This document shows, piece by piece, positions 28,585 through 39,656 of a stretch of 64,000 nucleotides of DNA (the first letter of the stretch is position 1; every line of letters begins with the position of its first letter). This stretch comes from an uncultured delta proteobacterium. GTDB lineage: Bacteria > Desulfobacterota > Binatia > UBA9968. The notes below the pieces were generated by a model, which saw only the letters and a program-made list of their open reading frames with translations, was not told the DNA's origin and did no database searches. A program made the translations under genes and the position numbers. The stretch is taken from the NCBI GenBank assembly GCA_963745035.1, contig CAVUVW010000017.1, positions 192,001 through 256,000 on the forward strand, read 5' to 3'.

Positions 28585-29289
28585 GTGCGCGCGTTCTTTA
28601 AGAAACCAAGGACCAAGAAAGACCATCTGCGCTGGCTGAAAGCCCAGGGATTCAAGGAATACTCGGCGATCAAACCGATCATCGACGCATTGACGGCGCT
28701 CTATCCCAACGTCGGTCGCGGCGTCGATCGGCACGATTACGCCGAACTGACCGAAAAGCTCGCCGACGAAACCAAGCACGCGCGCTTGGTGATGGATCTG
28801 CTCGAAGAGATGACCGGCAACAAAGTCACGCCGCGCGATCTTACCTGGCTGCCGGAGGACCGCAAGCTCGCCAAGGTTCGCGGCCGATATTCGAAAAGCT
28901 TCGCGCGGCTGCTGCACGGCTCCGGAAAGGTCACATCCAAAGAGATCACGCGCAAGGATGAAGCAATCGAGCGCGCCGCGATCACGCTGACCGAGGGAGG
29001 CGGCGGGGCGCTCTATCAGGTGTGCAGCAAGCTCAAGAAACGCGGCATCGAAGGGAAAATCGCCCGCGTGTTTCACGAAATCTTGCTCGACGAGATCGGC
29101 CACAAAGACGCCGGCACGCGCGCGCTCGGAGAGCTTATCAAGGAGGAGAAATCATTTCGTCGAGCGGCAAAAATTATCAGCGAAGTCTCCGGCCAGCGGC
29201 TGCGTATGCGCAACGAGCAATTCGGCTTTCCCTTGAATCGAGATGAACTCGCGGCGCTTGAAAACCGTGCCGGCCAATCGATCCGTTGA
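28585..29289 (+). CDS. Ferritin-like hypothetical protein
   Basis: Two ExxH motifs (DETKH, DEIGH). Confidence 0.6.
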   Translation: MRAFFKKPRTKKDHLRWLKAQGFKEYSAIKPIIDALTALYPNVGRGVDRHDYAELTEKLADETKHARLVMDLLEEMTGNKVTPRDLTWLPEDRKLAKVRGRYSKSFARLLHGSGKVTSKEITRKDEAIERAAITLTEGGGGALYQVCSKLKKRGIEGKIARVFHEILLDEIGHKDAGTRALGELIKEEKSFRRAAKIISEVSGQRLRMRNEQFGFPLNRDELAALENRAGQSIR

Positions 29290-30158
29290 GAATAATGCTT
29301 TTCATTGCCGCGTTATTTTTCACTCTCCTCTCCGGCTCCGTCTCGTCGGCGCTCGAAATGCCGCCGCTCAAGACCGGCATCAACGACTTCGCAGCCATGT
29401 TTCCCCCCGCGAGCCTCGATGATCTCGAAATGCGGCTGCGCCGCTTCAACACAGAAACCGCAAATGGCATCGTCGTGCTGACCCTCAAGACTCTCGATGG
29501 CGAAGATATCGACAGTGTAGCCCGCGGCGCATTCGACAAGCTGCCGCTCAGCGACGCCGAGCGACAAAGAAGCGTCCTGCTCGTGGTGGCGCGCAGCGAG
29601 CGACAGGTAGCCGTCCATGCCGGATCGCAGGTGCGCGCCCTGCTGCCCGAACCGGCGGCCAGCCAGAAGCTTCTTGCTCAGGCCGCCCTTTACTGGGATG
29701 GCCTGAGGCCCGATCTCGGCATTCACGGCGCGGTGCATTATCTCTTTCGCGTGCTGCGCGGCGACGTGCGCGTCGGCAGCCAGACCGAAGAAGAAAAGTT
29801 GGAGGAGATGTCCTTGCGCGGCGGCGAGGCCGGCGCAATCTTCGCGCTCTGCCTGGGTCCCTTTCTCGCGCTGTTCGTGGGCGTTCTCTGGGGGATTTAT
29901 GCCACCCAATACGGCGTCCCGCGCAACACGCGGCTCTTGATGGGCGCGATCTTCGGCGGCGCCACGGCCAAGATAGTCGCCGTGTTGATGTCTATCCTCG
30001 GCGGCTACACCGACGGCCTTTGGTATTTCATCATGGCTCTGGCCATACCGCTCGGCGTATTTGGTAGCCTGACCGAATTTTGGATGGCCGGCGATTGGCG
30101 CGGCATCCCGCGCGTCAAAGATCGCAAACGCAAACCCGAAGACAACATGGGCATCTAA
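29286..30158 (+). CDS. TPM-domain membrane protein
   Basis: Signal peptide; INDFAAMF...IVVLTLKTLDGEDI...VLLVVA; C-terminal TM helices. Confidence 0.75.
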   Translation: MRIMLFIAALFFTLLSGSVSSALEMPPLKTGINDFAAMFPPASLDDLEMRLRRFNTETANGIVVLTLKTLDGEDIDSVARGAFDKLPLSDAERQRSVLLVVARSERQVAVHAGSQVRALLPEPAASQKLLAQAALYWDGLRPDLGIHGAVHYLFRVLRGDVRVGSQTEEEKLEEMSLRGGEAGAIFALCLGPFLALFVGVLWGIYATQYGVPRNTRLLMGAIFGGATAKIVAVLMSILGGYTDGLWYFIMALAIPLGVFGSLTEFWMAGDWRGIPRVKDRKRKPEDNMGI

Positions 30159-30332
30159 GAGGCGAGCGGGTCTTAATCCAGCGAAGCTCTATCTCGCTGA
30201 TCGAATTCCATCTCTACACTATTTTTACCGATATTTAGAACCCCGTCTTCCCGGCGATCCTCGCCGGTTCGGTCGATGCCTTCCAGTCGATCCTTCTTCT
30301 CGTTAGACTGATTGCGGATGACAATGAAATCC

Positions 30333-31250
30333 ATGCCGCATCCCATCTCACGACGGAAATTTCTCAGCGCCGCGGCGGTCGCCGCGACAGCAGCGCTGAC
30401 TGGAGGGCGGGCGATGGCCGAATTGATCGTGCGCAAACCGATTCCCCGAACCGGGGAAGCACTGCCGGTCATAGGCCTCGGCACCTGGCAAACCTTTGAT
30501 GTCGGCGCCGGCAAAACTGCCCGCGAGCCGCTGAAAGAAGTGCTTCGCGAGTTCGCTAAAGCCGGAGGCAGCGTCATCGACTCCTCGCCGATGTACGGCA
30601 GCTCGGAAACCGTGGCCGGGGATATTATCCAAGAGCTGGGATTGCACAAGCAACTCGTTCTGGCCACGAAAGTCTGGACCTCAGGCCGCGAGGCGGGGGT
30701 GCGCCAGATGGAAGAATCGTTCCGGCGTTTGCGCGTCCAGCGCATGGATCTCATGCAAGTCCACAACTTATTGGATTACCGCTCACATCTCGAGACGCTC
30801 CGGCGCTGGAAGGAGCAGGGCAAAGTCCGCTACATCGGCGTCACTCATTACACCGCGAGCGCTTACGATCAGCTTGCGCGCGTCTTGGAAAGCGAAGAGT
30901 TGGATTTTGTCCAGTTGAATTATTCACTGGGCGAGCGCGAAGCCGAGAAGCGGCTCCTGCCGTTGGCCGCGGAAAGAAAGCTCGCCGTGCTGGTCAACCG
31001 CCCTTTCGCCGAAGGCCGCCTGTTTCGCCGCGTCTCGGGCAAAGCACTGCCACCTTGGGCCGGAGAAGTCGGCTGCGCCAGTTGGGCGCAATTTTTCCTG
31101 AAGTTCATCGTTTCTCACCCGGCCGTGACCTGCGCGATACCGGCAACCAGCAAGGTCGCGCATCTCGCCGACAATATGCGCGCCGGACTCGCGCCCATGC
31201 CCGATGCCCGCATGCGCGAGCGCATGGCGGCCCATTTCAGCTCGCTATGA
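30333..31250 (+). CDS. Aldo/keto reductase with Tat-like signal
   Basis: SRRKFL; IGLGTW, IDSSPMYG, ATKVW, MQVHNL. Confidence 0.9.
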   Translation: MPHPISRRKFLSAAAVAATAALTGGRAMAELIVRKPIPRTGEALPVIGLGTWQTFDVGAGKTAREPLKEVLREFAKAGGSVIDSSPMYGSSETVAGDIIQELGLHKQLVLATKVWTSGREAGVRQMEESFRRLRVQRMDLMQVHNLLDYRSHLETLRRWKEQGKVRYIGVTHYTASAYDQLARVLESEELDFVQLNYSLGEREAEKRLLPLAAERKLAVLVNRPFAEGRLFRRVSGKALPPWAGEVGCASWAQFFLKFIVSHPAVTCAIPATSKVAHLADNMRAGLAPMPDARMRERMAAHFSSL

Positions 31251-31271
31251 CCCGACCGGCCGCCGAACGAT

Positions 31272-31323
31272 TTGAACCGACCCGGACTCGATCCGGGGCT
31301 TGAACGATTTGAACTTTTTGAAC
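31272..31323. repeat. Single TTGAAC 9-mer arm
   Basis: ttgaacgatttgaactttttgaac. Confidence 0.6.
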
Positions 31324-31403
31324 GCACTTTGCGAATAATTGACAGCCCGCCAGGCCGATGATAGCGCTGGATCTCATCATCAATATCACAAGGAGGAACC
31401 ACG

Positions 31404-31782
31404 ATGGCCAAGCTTCGTCATCTCGCGATTCTCACCCATCAGCCCGATAAGCTCGCCGATTTTTACAAACGGGTTTTCGAAATGGAGGAAATGTACCGTA
31501 CGAAAAACGGCTCCGTCCATCTTTCCGACGGCGAAGTCAATCTGGCGATCTTGAACGCCAACGATCCGAAAGAACCCGGCCACCAGCCGGGACTGTATCA
31601 TTTCGGATTTCACGTCGAAGATAACAAGGAAATCGCCAAGCGCATCAGCGAAATTCATCCCGCCGGCGCGCCCAAGGAGCGCGAAGCAACCTATGCCGGA
31701 GGGACGCGGCTCGGATCCCGACGGCAACCTTTTCGACATTTCCACCGTCGGCTGGGGCTATAAGCGCCGCATGGATCTTTAA
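31404..31782 (+). CDS. VOC/glyoxalase protein, frameshift ~31700
   Basis: LRHLAI...GLYHFGFHV; alternative frame gives DPDGNLFDIS. Confidence 0.8.
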
Positions 31783-31799
31783 GTCGCGGCGGTCAAGAT

Positions 31800-32884
31800 A
31801 TGTTCACGTTCATCGTTTCTCTTCTCATCGTTTATTCGTCGCTGATTTTCTCTGCGCGCGCTGCGGAAGCGGCCAGCGCGGATGAGGTCGTCAAAAAAGC
31901 CGCGGCGCTTTCCGGCGTGCAGCGCAAGGCGTTTCTCGAAGAGGGCGCAAAGAAAGAAGGCGAGATCGTCTTTTATACCTCGCTGAGCCTCACGGATTAT
32001 CCGAAGATCCTGCCTCACTTCGAGAAGAGCTATCCGTTCATCAAGACCAACACTTATCGCTCCACGCCGTCCGGCGTGTTCACTAAAGTCGACACCGAGG
32101 CGCGCGCCGGGCGCCACGCCGTCGGACGTGGTCGGCTCGGCCTCCGTGGAAATGTGGCAACTCAAGCAGCGCAAGCTTTCCACGGCCTATCTTTCACCCG
32201 AGCAGAAGGCGATGCCTCCGGGCTCGCGCGACCCGGAAGGCTACTGGCAGGGATTCGAGGTCACGCCGCTAGTTACGGCGTTCAATACCAAGCAAGTCCC
32301 GAGCGCGGACGCGCCGCGTACCTACCAGGATCTGCTGCACCCGAAGTGGAAGGGTCGAATCAGCCTCGGCACCGAAGAGTACACCTGGTTCAACATCCTG
32401 CTGGAATCCATGGGCGCCAAGAAGGGCGCGGAATACATGCAAGCGCTGGCCAAGCAGGAGTTGCAGATGCCCGGATCGAGCAGCGTGATGCGCGTGCAGT
32501 TGATGTTGGCGGGCGAATCGGCGCTCACGCATCGCCGCGCGCGGGCGGCGCGTCACCGAGTACAAATCCCAGGGCGCGCCCATCGACTTTCGAATTTTCG
32601 ATCCCTACGCCGGCGAGCCGAATTTCGTCGCGCTCATGCAGCGCTCGTCGCATCCGCACGCGGCGCTGCTGTTCATGGACTGGATCTTGTCGGAGGAAGG
32701 TCAGACCCGTCTCGCGGATGTGACGGGCAGAATCTCGATCCGCAAGGGCATCAAGCACAAACCCTGGGTGCAGGAACTGTTGCAGAAGGATTTCGTATTT
32801 CTTGGCCCGTCCTCGATCGGACCCAATCTGAATTCGATCATCGAGCAATACAACCAGATCTTCGGCGTTCGAAGAACGAAGTAA
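31800..32884 (+). CDS. AfuA/FbpA-like extracellular SBP, two frameshifts (~32120, ~32530)
   Basis: GAKKEGEIVFYTS...DLLHPKWKG...HPHAALLFMDWILSEEGQ. Confidence 0.82.
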
Positions 32885-32980
32885 ACGGCTGCGAGCGACT
32901 TCGCCGCTTCGGGCGTGCCGCGACACTAGCGCGAACGGCGCGTCTTCATTCTTCGCGCCGTAACGGATCTTCGCGATCAG

Positions 32981-33409
32981 TTATTTGAGCGTTTTCTTGA
33001 GAATCTTGACAGCCGCATCCGAATCGGCCGCGCTGTCGAATGCCAAATAGGAAACGGCGCGCCGGCCGAGAGCAGCCGCCGATATGCCGCGCACGTTAAT
33101 GCCCGCGCCCGCCAGAGCGTCGGTCATCTGAGCGCCCAGTCCCGCGCGGTCCGGTCCTTCGATCCTGACCGAATGCAAGCCCTCGCTCGTCGCCAAGCCG
33201 GCTTGTTGAGCCGCGCTTTTCTGCTTGGCGCCCTTGATCGGAGTCACAAACACCACGCCGGTGCCGGGCTTATCCGGAGCGCGGCGCGCCACGACAAATT
33301 CGATGTTGGCGCCGGCCTTGTTCATCGCCGTCAACGTGCTCGCCAGTCCGCCAGGCCGATCGGCTATTTCTCCGGCCCAAACATCAACTTTTTTGACTGT
33401 GTATGCCAT
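32981..33409 (-). CDS. ACT-domain protein
   Basis: DRPGGLA...AGANIE and DRAGLGA...AGINV. Confidence 0.8.
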   Translation of the reverse strand: MAYTVKKVDVWAGEIADRPGGLASTLTAMNKAGANIEFVVARRAPDKPGTGVVFVTPIKGAKQKSAAQQAGLATSEGLHSVRIEGPDRAGLGAQMTDALAGAGINVRGISAAALGRRAVSYLAFDSAADSDAAVKILKKTLK

Positions 33410-33793
33410 ATCAGGCCTCCTTTTTAGTTTAGATTCCGTTGCTGTCGACCAAACTAAAGAAACCGGTGGCTGTCACGAGCTCGGTTGACCAAAGGCCGGG
33501 GTTTGTCGCACGACTGCCGGCCATTCTTGCGCCACTGGCCTCGTGCGAGTGCGACGTGCCGCGCCCATAACAAGGAAGGTGCCTTCCAAGCGGCTCATAC
33601 CATCAAGCTGCGGAAAGTGTCAACAAAGAGGTGGACCTCCGTCTAGCCACCAAAAACGGCTCGAACCAAACTCAACGGCGCCGTACTATTTTCATCCGGA
33701 GTGCTCGGAGCTTCGCTGCGCATCACTAAATTCATTTAATAGTGGCGAAGTTTATTGATCGATCGACCCCCTCATGCTATCTTCTTTGGTTTA

Positions 33794-34768
33794 ATGAAAC
33801 GGCTACACAAGAACACTCTGGCTTCCATGCTCGTACAGTGGTTCGACGCCGACTATCATGCCGCCGGCGCCGCAGTGAGAATCCGCGACATCGACCGTAT
33901 CAACTGGATTCGGTGCCTGCCGTTTGTCATCCTTCATTTAGGTTGTCTGGGAATCTTTGTCGTCGGCTGGAGTTGGACCGCGGTCGGCGCCGCAATCGCG
34001 CTCTATTTGATCCGGATGTTTGCCATCACGGGAATTTATCACCGCTATTTCTCGCACCGGACGTTCAAGACTTCCAGATTCGCGCAATTTATCTTCGCCA
34101 TGGTCGGGGCGTCATCGGCTCAGCGTGGGCCCCTGTGGTGGGCGGCGAATCATCGCAACCATCATCGCGAATCGGACACCCCCGCCGATCCCCACTCCCC
34201 CATTCACTACAGTTTCTTTCGCTCCCATGCCGGCTGGTTCATGTGCACGCGCTACTATGCCACTCAATATGAGCGCATTCGCGACTTCGCGCGTTTTCCC
34301 GAATTGGTGTGGCTCAATCGCTTCGATAAAGCTATTCCGGTGGCGCTGGGACTGGCGGTTTATCTGTGCGGCAAATTGCTCGAGCATGCCGTGCCCTCCC
34401 TCGGCGTCACAGGAATGCAGCTATTTGTTTGGGGCTTTGTGCTCAGCACGACCATATTGTTTCATGCTACGGCCAGCATCAATTCCCTCGCCCACATCTT
34501 CGGCAAACAGCGCTACGACACCGGCGACGAAAGCCGTAACAATTTTTGGCTCGCGCTGATTACCCTCGGCGAGGGTTGGCACAACAATCACCACAAGCAC
34601 ATGGGCTGCACTCGCCAGGGATTTTACTGGTGGGAAATCGACATTACCTATTACCTGCTTAAACTCTTATCCTGGATGGGCATCATCTGGGATTTGAAGC
34701 AAGTCCCGCGCAAAGCGTACGATCGCGCCGAACAGTTGCCGCGCAGGAAATACGCCTCGGCCGCATAA
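33794..34768 (+). CDS. Acyl-CoA (delta-9-type) fatty acid desaturase
   Basis: His boxes HRYFSH, HRNHH, GEGWHNNHH. Confidence 0.92.
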   Translation: MKRLHKNTLASMLVQWFDADYHAAGAAVRIRDIDRINWIRCLPFVILHLGCLGIFVVGWSWTAVGAAIALYLIRMFAITGIYHRYFSHRTFKTSRFAQFIFAMVGASSAQRGPLWWAANHRNHHRESDTPADPHSPIHYSFFRSHAGWFMCTRYYATQYERIRDFARFPELVWLNRFDKAIPVALGLAVYLCGKLLEHAVPSLGVTGMQLFVWGFVLSTTILFHATASINSLAHIFGKQRYDTGDESRNNFWLALITLGEGWHNNHHKHMGCTRQGFYWWEIDITYYLLKLLSWMGIIWDLKQVPRKAYDRAEQLPRRKYASAA

Positions 34769-34910
34769 GCAAGTTTCCTCTCGTTGGTTCCTAGCTGCCG
34801 GGCGAATCTCGCTCGGCAATACCGGCCGGCACGAAAGAAGGTCTGGCGCGCAGGCCGTGCTTGTGTTTTTTTTTCACTGCGATAGCATCGGCACTGGCAT
34901 AGTGAAGCCG

Positions 34911-35429
34911 ATGTCGGTAGCATCTGAATTTCTTCAAACTGTCCCGCTTTTCCAGGACTTGGACCGCGATGCGCTCTCCACTCTCGGCGCCTTGTTGGTC
35001 CGCAAGAAAGCTCCCGCCGGCGGGGTCATATTCCGCGAGTTTGACGATTCCGACGCGCTCTACCTGCTTGAAACGGGCGAGGTAGTGATCAGCAAACAGG
35101 TGCAAGGCCCGATGGACGTCGTCCTCACGACTTTTTGCGGCGGCGATTTTTTCGGCGAGATGGGACTTTTCGACGCCGCCCCGCGCTCCGCCACCGCTCA
35201 GGCCAAAGTGGAGTCCTTGCTCTGGCGTCTCGACCGCAAAGCTTTCATGCACATCCTTTCCGACCATCCCGACATAGCCGCGAAGATTTGTTACCGTCTG
35301 GTGTCGGTTTTCATCGAACGGTTGCGTTCGACCAATGAACAGGCCCGGGAAGCGATACGCTGGGGCATGGAGGCCACGGGCTATTCGCCGCCAAGCAATC
35401 GCGCCTTGTTCGACCGAAAATCCTCATAG
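34911..35429 (+). CDS. Stand-alone cyclic-nucleotide-binding protein
   Basis: FFGEMGLFDAAPRSATA; no HTH. Confidence 0.85.
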   Translation: MSVASEFLQTVPLFQDLDRDALSTLGALLVRKKAPAGGVIFREFDDSDALYLLETGEVVISKQVQGPMDVVLTTFCGGDFFGEMGLFDAAPRSATAQAKVESLLWRLDRKAFMHILSDHPDIAAKICYRLVSVFIERLRSTNEQAREAIRWGMEATGYSPPSNRALFDRKSS

Positions 35430-35435
35430 TCGTTC

Positions 35436-36650
35436 ATGCCCGACCGAGCCAAGCTTCAATTATTGACCCGATCGGCCGACGAATCGGCCTTCGAGATCTT
35501 CGAGGTCGACAGCGGCCAAGCCTATTCAGGATTCAAGCCGCAAAGACCGCCGGCGACGGAATGGGAGCTCAGGCGGCAACCGTTGGCCTTCGACGGCTCG
35601 CGTACGTTCGTGTTGAACAATCTCCGCCAGGACCGATATTTGCTGTTGGATGCCAGGGAACATTTCCTTTGGGAGCATCTCGACGGCCGCAATTCGCTCG
35701 ACGAAATTGCCCGAGCTTTTCATCTCGAGTATGGCGCTTTCGACTATTCGCTTATCCGAGAGTTGCTCGCCAAACTCTATCACGCCGGGCTGATCGATCT
35801 GGCGGCTAAGAGCGAGCTCACCCACCCGCAAGAGCGCCGCCGCGTGCATCTTCTAGCTCGACTGTTCGAGGGCTGGCGCCTCTTTGCCGTGAGGAATCGT
35901 AGCGCCGATCGATACTGCTCGGCGATTTATCGCTATGGCGGCTTCCTTTTGTTCCATCGGCTGACTTTTTTCCTTGTCGTGGCGGTGGCCTGCGTCGCGC
36001 TTGCCGCGACTTTTCAGCTGGCGGCGCACTCCATGGATCTTGCCCGTGTGCTGGCGGCACAGCCCTACTCGAGCACAGCGATTATCCTCGCGGCGCTGCT
36101 CGCCGCCTCGATGCTGCATGTGCTCCTTCATGCGCTCGCGTGCAAGGCTCACGGCCGGCGGGTTCGCGAAATGGGATTTTTCCTGTTGCAGGGAATCCTG
36201 CCGACCTTTTACGCCGACGTTACCGACATTTTCATGTCGAACCGGCGCGCGCGTCTGATGGTGGACTTGGCGGGACCATTGGTCGAAGTGTTTTTCGGCA
36301 GTCTTGCCATGCTGGCGGCGTATGCAGCGGAACCAGGCCTAGGACAGGCGTTGCTATTCGGCATCGGAGTATTGCTCTGGGAAAGCGCTCTGATCAATCT
36401 TTATCCCTTCAGCTTTCTCGAGCTGGACGGCTACAACATCCTCGCGGACTTACTGGCTATGCCGATGCTCAGAAAACAGGCTCTCGCGCTGATTCCTAAT
36501 CTCCCCGAGCGCCTGCGCAACTTGCGCACGCTCCAGCGAGCGGAAATCATCCAGATCGGATATTTGGCCCTATGCTTGGTCTCCGTGACGGTTTATGTCG
36601 TACTGCATATCGATGCGCTGATCGCGCTGCTTCCGCTTTCCTGGCGATAG
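35436..36650 (+). CDS. PqqD-like domain plus M50-peptidase-like membrane protein with degenerate HExxH
   Basis: FLWEHLDGRNSLDEIA; LHVLLHALACK; AGPLVE; NLYP...LDGY. Confidence 0.7.
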   Translation: MPDRAKLQLLTRSADESAFEIFEVDSGQAYSGFKPQRPPATEWELRRQPLAFDGSRTFVLNNLRQDRYLLLDAREHFLWEHLDGRNSLDEIARAFHLEYGAFDYSLIRELLAKLYHAGLIDLAAKSELTHPQERRRVHLLARLFEGWRLFAVRNRSADRYCSAIYRYGGFLLFHRLTFFLVVAVACVALAATFQLAAHSMDLARVLAAQPYSSTAIILAALLAASMLHVLLHALACKAHGRRVREMGFFLLQGILPTFYADVTDIFMSNRRARLMVDLAGPLVEVFFGSLAMLAAYAAEPGLGQALLFGIGVLLWESALINLYPFSFLELDGYNILADLLAMPMLRKQALALIPNLPERLRNLRTLQRAEIIQIGYLALCLVSVTVYVVLHIDALIALLPLSWR

Positions 36651-36721
36651 GTTGTCGGCGCTTCTCCGTGCATCACAATTGAGCGCACTGGAGTCTGGGC
36701 AACGACCATTTATTGAAGTCG

Positions 36722-37768
36722 CTATCTTCGACCCAGCTCTTTCAGCCACTTCTCCCAGCGATCGCTCTCGCGTTCGAGCTGTTCGATCGACATGCCTTTT
36801 TCGATGTACCAGCGCTTGAAACCGTATTCCTTGGCAGCGCTGCCATACTCATAGCTCTCCAATATTTTCTGGCCGTCGGGGCTGAAAAGAAAATCGATGA
36901 ACAGAACCGCGGCGTGGGGATGCGGCGCGAACGATGACAGGCCCGCGCTGCCCGCGCTCGCGGGCACGATATCCATCGGCACCCAAACCACCGGCGCTTT
37001 CTTCTCGGCCGCAACCAAGGCGTGATTGCGGAAGATCGTCGGCGAGGCTTCGACTTCGCCGGAGCTGACCATGTCGTTGAGCGCCTGGCCGGAAACCGAG
37101 TGCATGGTGATGTCCTGGGCACGGAGCTTCTTGAGAAATTCTTCGCCCTTGGTTCTGAGCATGGCGCCGACCGTGCGCGAGCCGGTATCCGTGGTGACAA
37201 AAGACATCCGGCCCTTCAACGCGGGGTTCAACAGGCCGTCGTAGTTTTTCGGCACCGCGCTCGGCGGAAGTTTGTCCTTGTTGTAAGCGAAGCCCATGTA
37301 AGATTCGCGGTCGGTCGCCCAAAAGACCGTCCCTTTGCCGGCATCTTCCTTGGCTTCGCTGGAGAACTTCGCGAGATGCGGCACGCTGAACGGCGTAAGC
37401 CGCTTCATGGCGCGCATCAGCATCAGCAACGGCGGCGAGCTCTCGGCGACATCCATCAAGTATCTCTTCGCCTGGGACTCAGCCAGGACTTTCGCAATCA
37501 AATCCCGGCTCGCGCCACGATAGGCTTCCACCGGCACGCCGTACTTGGTCTCGAAAGCACGGGCAAGCTCTTTGTAAGAACCGCCGGCAAGCGCCGTATA
37601 CCAAACGACCTTGCCTTCCTTCCGCGCGCCGGCGACCAGCAACTGCTCACGGTCGGGCCCGCTGTACACCGCCAACTCGGCGAGCGTGGAGGGTTTGGCT
37701 CCTTGCGCCCATAGAACAACCGGCGAGAGCCAAAATCCGAAGAAAATGGCCGCTGCAAAATGTTTCAC
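36722..37768 (-). CDS. AfuA-like extracellular SBP
   Basis: GARKEGKVVWYT...APHPHAAVLFIDFLFSPDGQ. Confidence 0.85.
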   Translation of the reverse strand: MKHFAAAIFFGFWLSPVVLWAQGAKPSTLAELAVYSGPDREQLLVAGARKEGKVVWYTALAGGSYKELARAFETKYGVPVEAYRGASRDLIAKVLAESQAKRYLMDVAESSPPLLMLMRAMKRLTPFSVPHLAKFSSEAKEDAGKGTVFWATDRESYMGFAYNKDKLPPSAVPKNYDGLLNPALKGRMSFVTTDTGSRTVGAMLRTKGEEFLKKLRAQDITMHSVSGQALNDMVSSGEVEASPTIFRNHALVAAEKKAPVVWVPMDIVPASAGSAGLSSFAPHPHAAVLFIDFLFSPDGQKILESYEYGSAAKEYGFKRWYIEKGMSIEQLERESDRWEKWLKELGRR

Positions 37769-37948
37769 GGAATTTCCTCCCAAGGAATCGGTCCGAGATT
37801 AATCGACGGACGGGGGTGCGTGCAATGGCACGTAACTAGCGCGCCTTGGGAACAAGCCGAAAAGCAATTTCTCTCGCCGGATCAGCGGCGGTATCTTAGC
37901 ATCCGACTCCGAAAAATTTGTCGAGAATCGCTTGTGACGGCGGACGAG

Positions 37949-38209
37949 CTAATCTGACGAAAATTGATCCGGGAGATTTCTGATCTTGCGGATGGCGGCG
38001 AAAGTGTCTGGAGAAGTTTTTCGGGCCAGGTCGAGAATAGTTTGAGCCTTGTCGGGATCACAAAGGATCCTTACCTGCTGAACGCCGTTGCTGCCGGTTT
38101 CGAGAAGCCCGTTTCTGAGCAGCTGGTACTTGGGATCCTGCTTTTCGCAACTTAGCAGCAAGCGATCATACGCCACCTTGGGCACAAGTAGCAGCACCTT
38201 CATTTCCAT
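37949..38209 (-). CDS. Hypothetical protein (86 aa)
   Basis: GAGG SD before ATG; no recognised family. Confidence 0.45.
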   Translation of the reverse strand: MEMKVLLLVPKVAYDRLLLSCEKQDPKYQLLRNGLLETGSNGVQQVRILCDPDKAQTILDLARKTSPDTFAAIRKIRNLPDQFSSD

Positions 38210-38501
38210 CTTACCTCACCAGCAAAATCCTATTTAGTCCCGTCCTCCGGATCCCTAGCTCGCGGAAGACTTCTCAGGTAAATTTGGGTTCGCTAGGTAA
38301 AAAGTCAAGGCCCCATTTAGCTCGTAGCGGAAACATTTTTTCCTATTCGGCCCAATCACGTTCTGAATTGTGGCAGGCAGCAGTGCTCGGCATGATACGC
38401 CCGACACTGGTCCCTTATGGGGCCCGCAGATCACTCTGGAAAATCAGCGGTTTTTCGGATAGCTGTTAGCCGAGTCATTAACCCAATCGATCGGAGTGCC
38501 G

Positions 38502-39560
38502 ATGAGCGATCCACATGCCGCACCTGAGACCCCCGAGCTCGAAGCGCTGCACGCCCGGCTGGCCGAGTATTCTCTGGCCGGCCATTGGCAGGCGCGCGAG
38601 AAGAACCCCGAACTGGTTCCTCATTTATGGCCCTGGTCCGTGATCTATTCGTGCCTGATGGAATCGGGCGAGGTCGTGAAGTTGGGCGGCATCGATGAGG
38701 CGGCAAAGAGACGCACGGTCCAGCTCGTCAATCCGGCTCTGATCCAGAGGAAATCGACTTCGCGCACACTGCAGATGTCCATCCAGTTGGTAAAGCCCGG
38801 CGAGCGTGCCGAATGCCACCGCCACAGCGCCGCTGCGCTGCGCTTTGTCGTCGAAGGCGACGGCATTGCCTACACCAACGTCGAAGGCGAAGAAATGCGG
38901 ATGGAGCCCGGCGATCTCGTGCTTACTCCCAATTGGACTTGGCACGATCACTTCAATCCTGGCAAGAGCAACGTGGTATGGCTGGATGTGCTCGATGCTC
39001 AACTAACCCGTTACCTCGATGCCGGCTTTGAAGAAGCTTACGGCGAAGGACCCGCACAGCCGATCATCAAGCGCGAAGGCCACTGCAGGCAGCAGTACGG
39101 TGCGATCCGCCCCCGCGCAGCGAGCGCAGCGAACACCGCCCTGCCCTACGCCTATAAGTGGCGGGATACTTTGCATGCACTCAACGAAGTCGCCGCGGCC
39201 GGCGACCGTGATCTACACGACTCCGTTTTGCTCGAATACACCCACCCACTGACCGGCGGGCCGACCATGCCTACCATCGGCTGCTGGGTGCAAATGATTC
39301 CGCCCGGCGAGTCGACCAAGCCGCATCGCCACACAAGCAGCACGATTTATCACGTCGTCCAAGGCGAGGGCGTTACGGCGGTGGGAAAATCCAAGGGCTC
39401 GTTAAGTCATCTAGCCTGGGGTACGCGGGATTGTTTCTTCGTGCCGTCTTGGAACTGGCATCAGTTCGAAAACAAGTCCCGCAAGGATCCGGCGATTCTC
39501 TTTTCCGTAACCGATCGGCCGGTGTTGGAAAGCCTGGGATTGTTCAGAGCAGAAGAATAG
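38502..39560 (+). CDS. Gentisate 1,2-dioxygenase-family bicupin
   Basis: HRHSAAALRF, TPNWTWHDH, HRHTSSTIY. Confidence 0.88.
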   Translation: MSDPHAAPETPELEALHARLAEYSLAGHWQAREKNPELVPHLWPWSVIYSCLMESGEVVKLGGIDEAAKRRTVQLVNPALIQRKSTSRTLQMSIQLVKPGERAECHRHSAAALRFVVEGDGIAYTNVEGEEMRMEPGDLVLTPNWTWHDHFNPGKSNVVWLDVLDAQLTRYLDAGFEEAYGEGPAQPIIKREGHCRQQYGAIRPRAASAANTALPYAYKWRDTLHALNEVAAAGDRDLHDSVLLEYTHPLTGGPTMPTIGCWVQMIPPGESTKPHRHTSSTIYHVVQGEGVTAVGKSKGSLSHLAWGTRDCFFVPSWNWHQFENKSRKDPAILFSVTDRPVLESLGLFRAEE

Positions 39561-39569
39561 ACAAATAAA

Positions 39570-39633
39570 TGGAGTAATGGAGTGGTGCCTTCGGAAACCC
39601 GTTACTCCACCACTCCAGTACTCCATCACTCCA
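39570..39633. repeat. TGGAGTAA/TACTCCA 8-mer inverted-arm element (related copy ~16853-16886)
   Basis: tggagtaatggagtgg ... tactccaccactccagtactccatcactcca. Confidence 0.7.
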
Positions 39634-39656
39634 ATTGAATCGGAAAGGACCCCGTC

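Noticed and set aside
37826-37841. GG-N10-GC sigma54-like motif (TGGCACGTAACTAGC)
   Set aside because: No plus-strand gene within ~650 nt; may be chance
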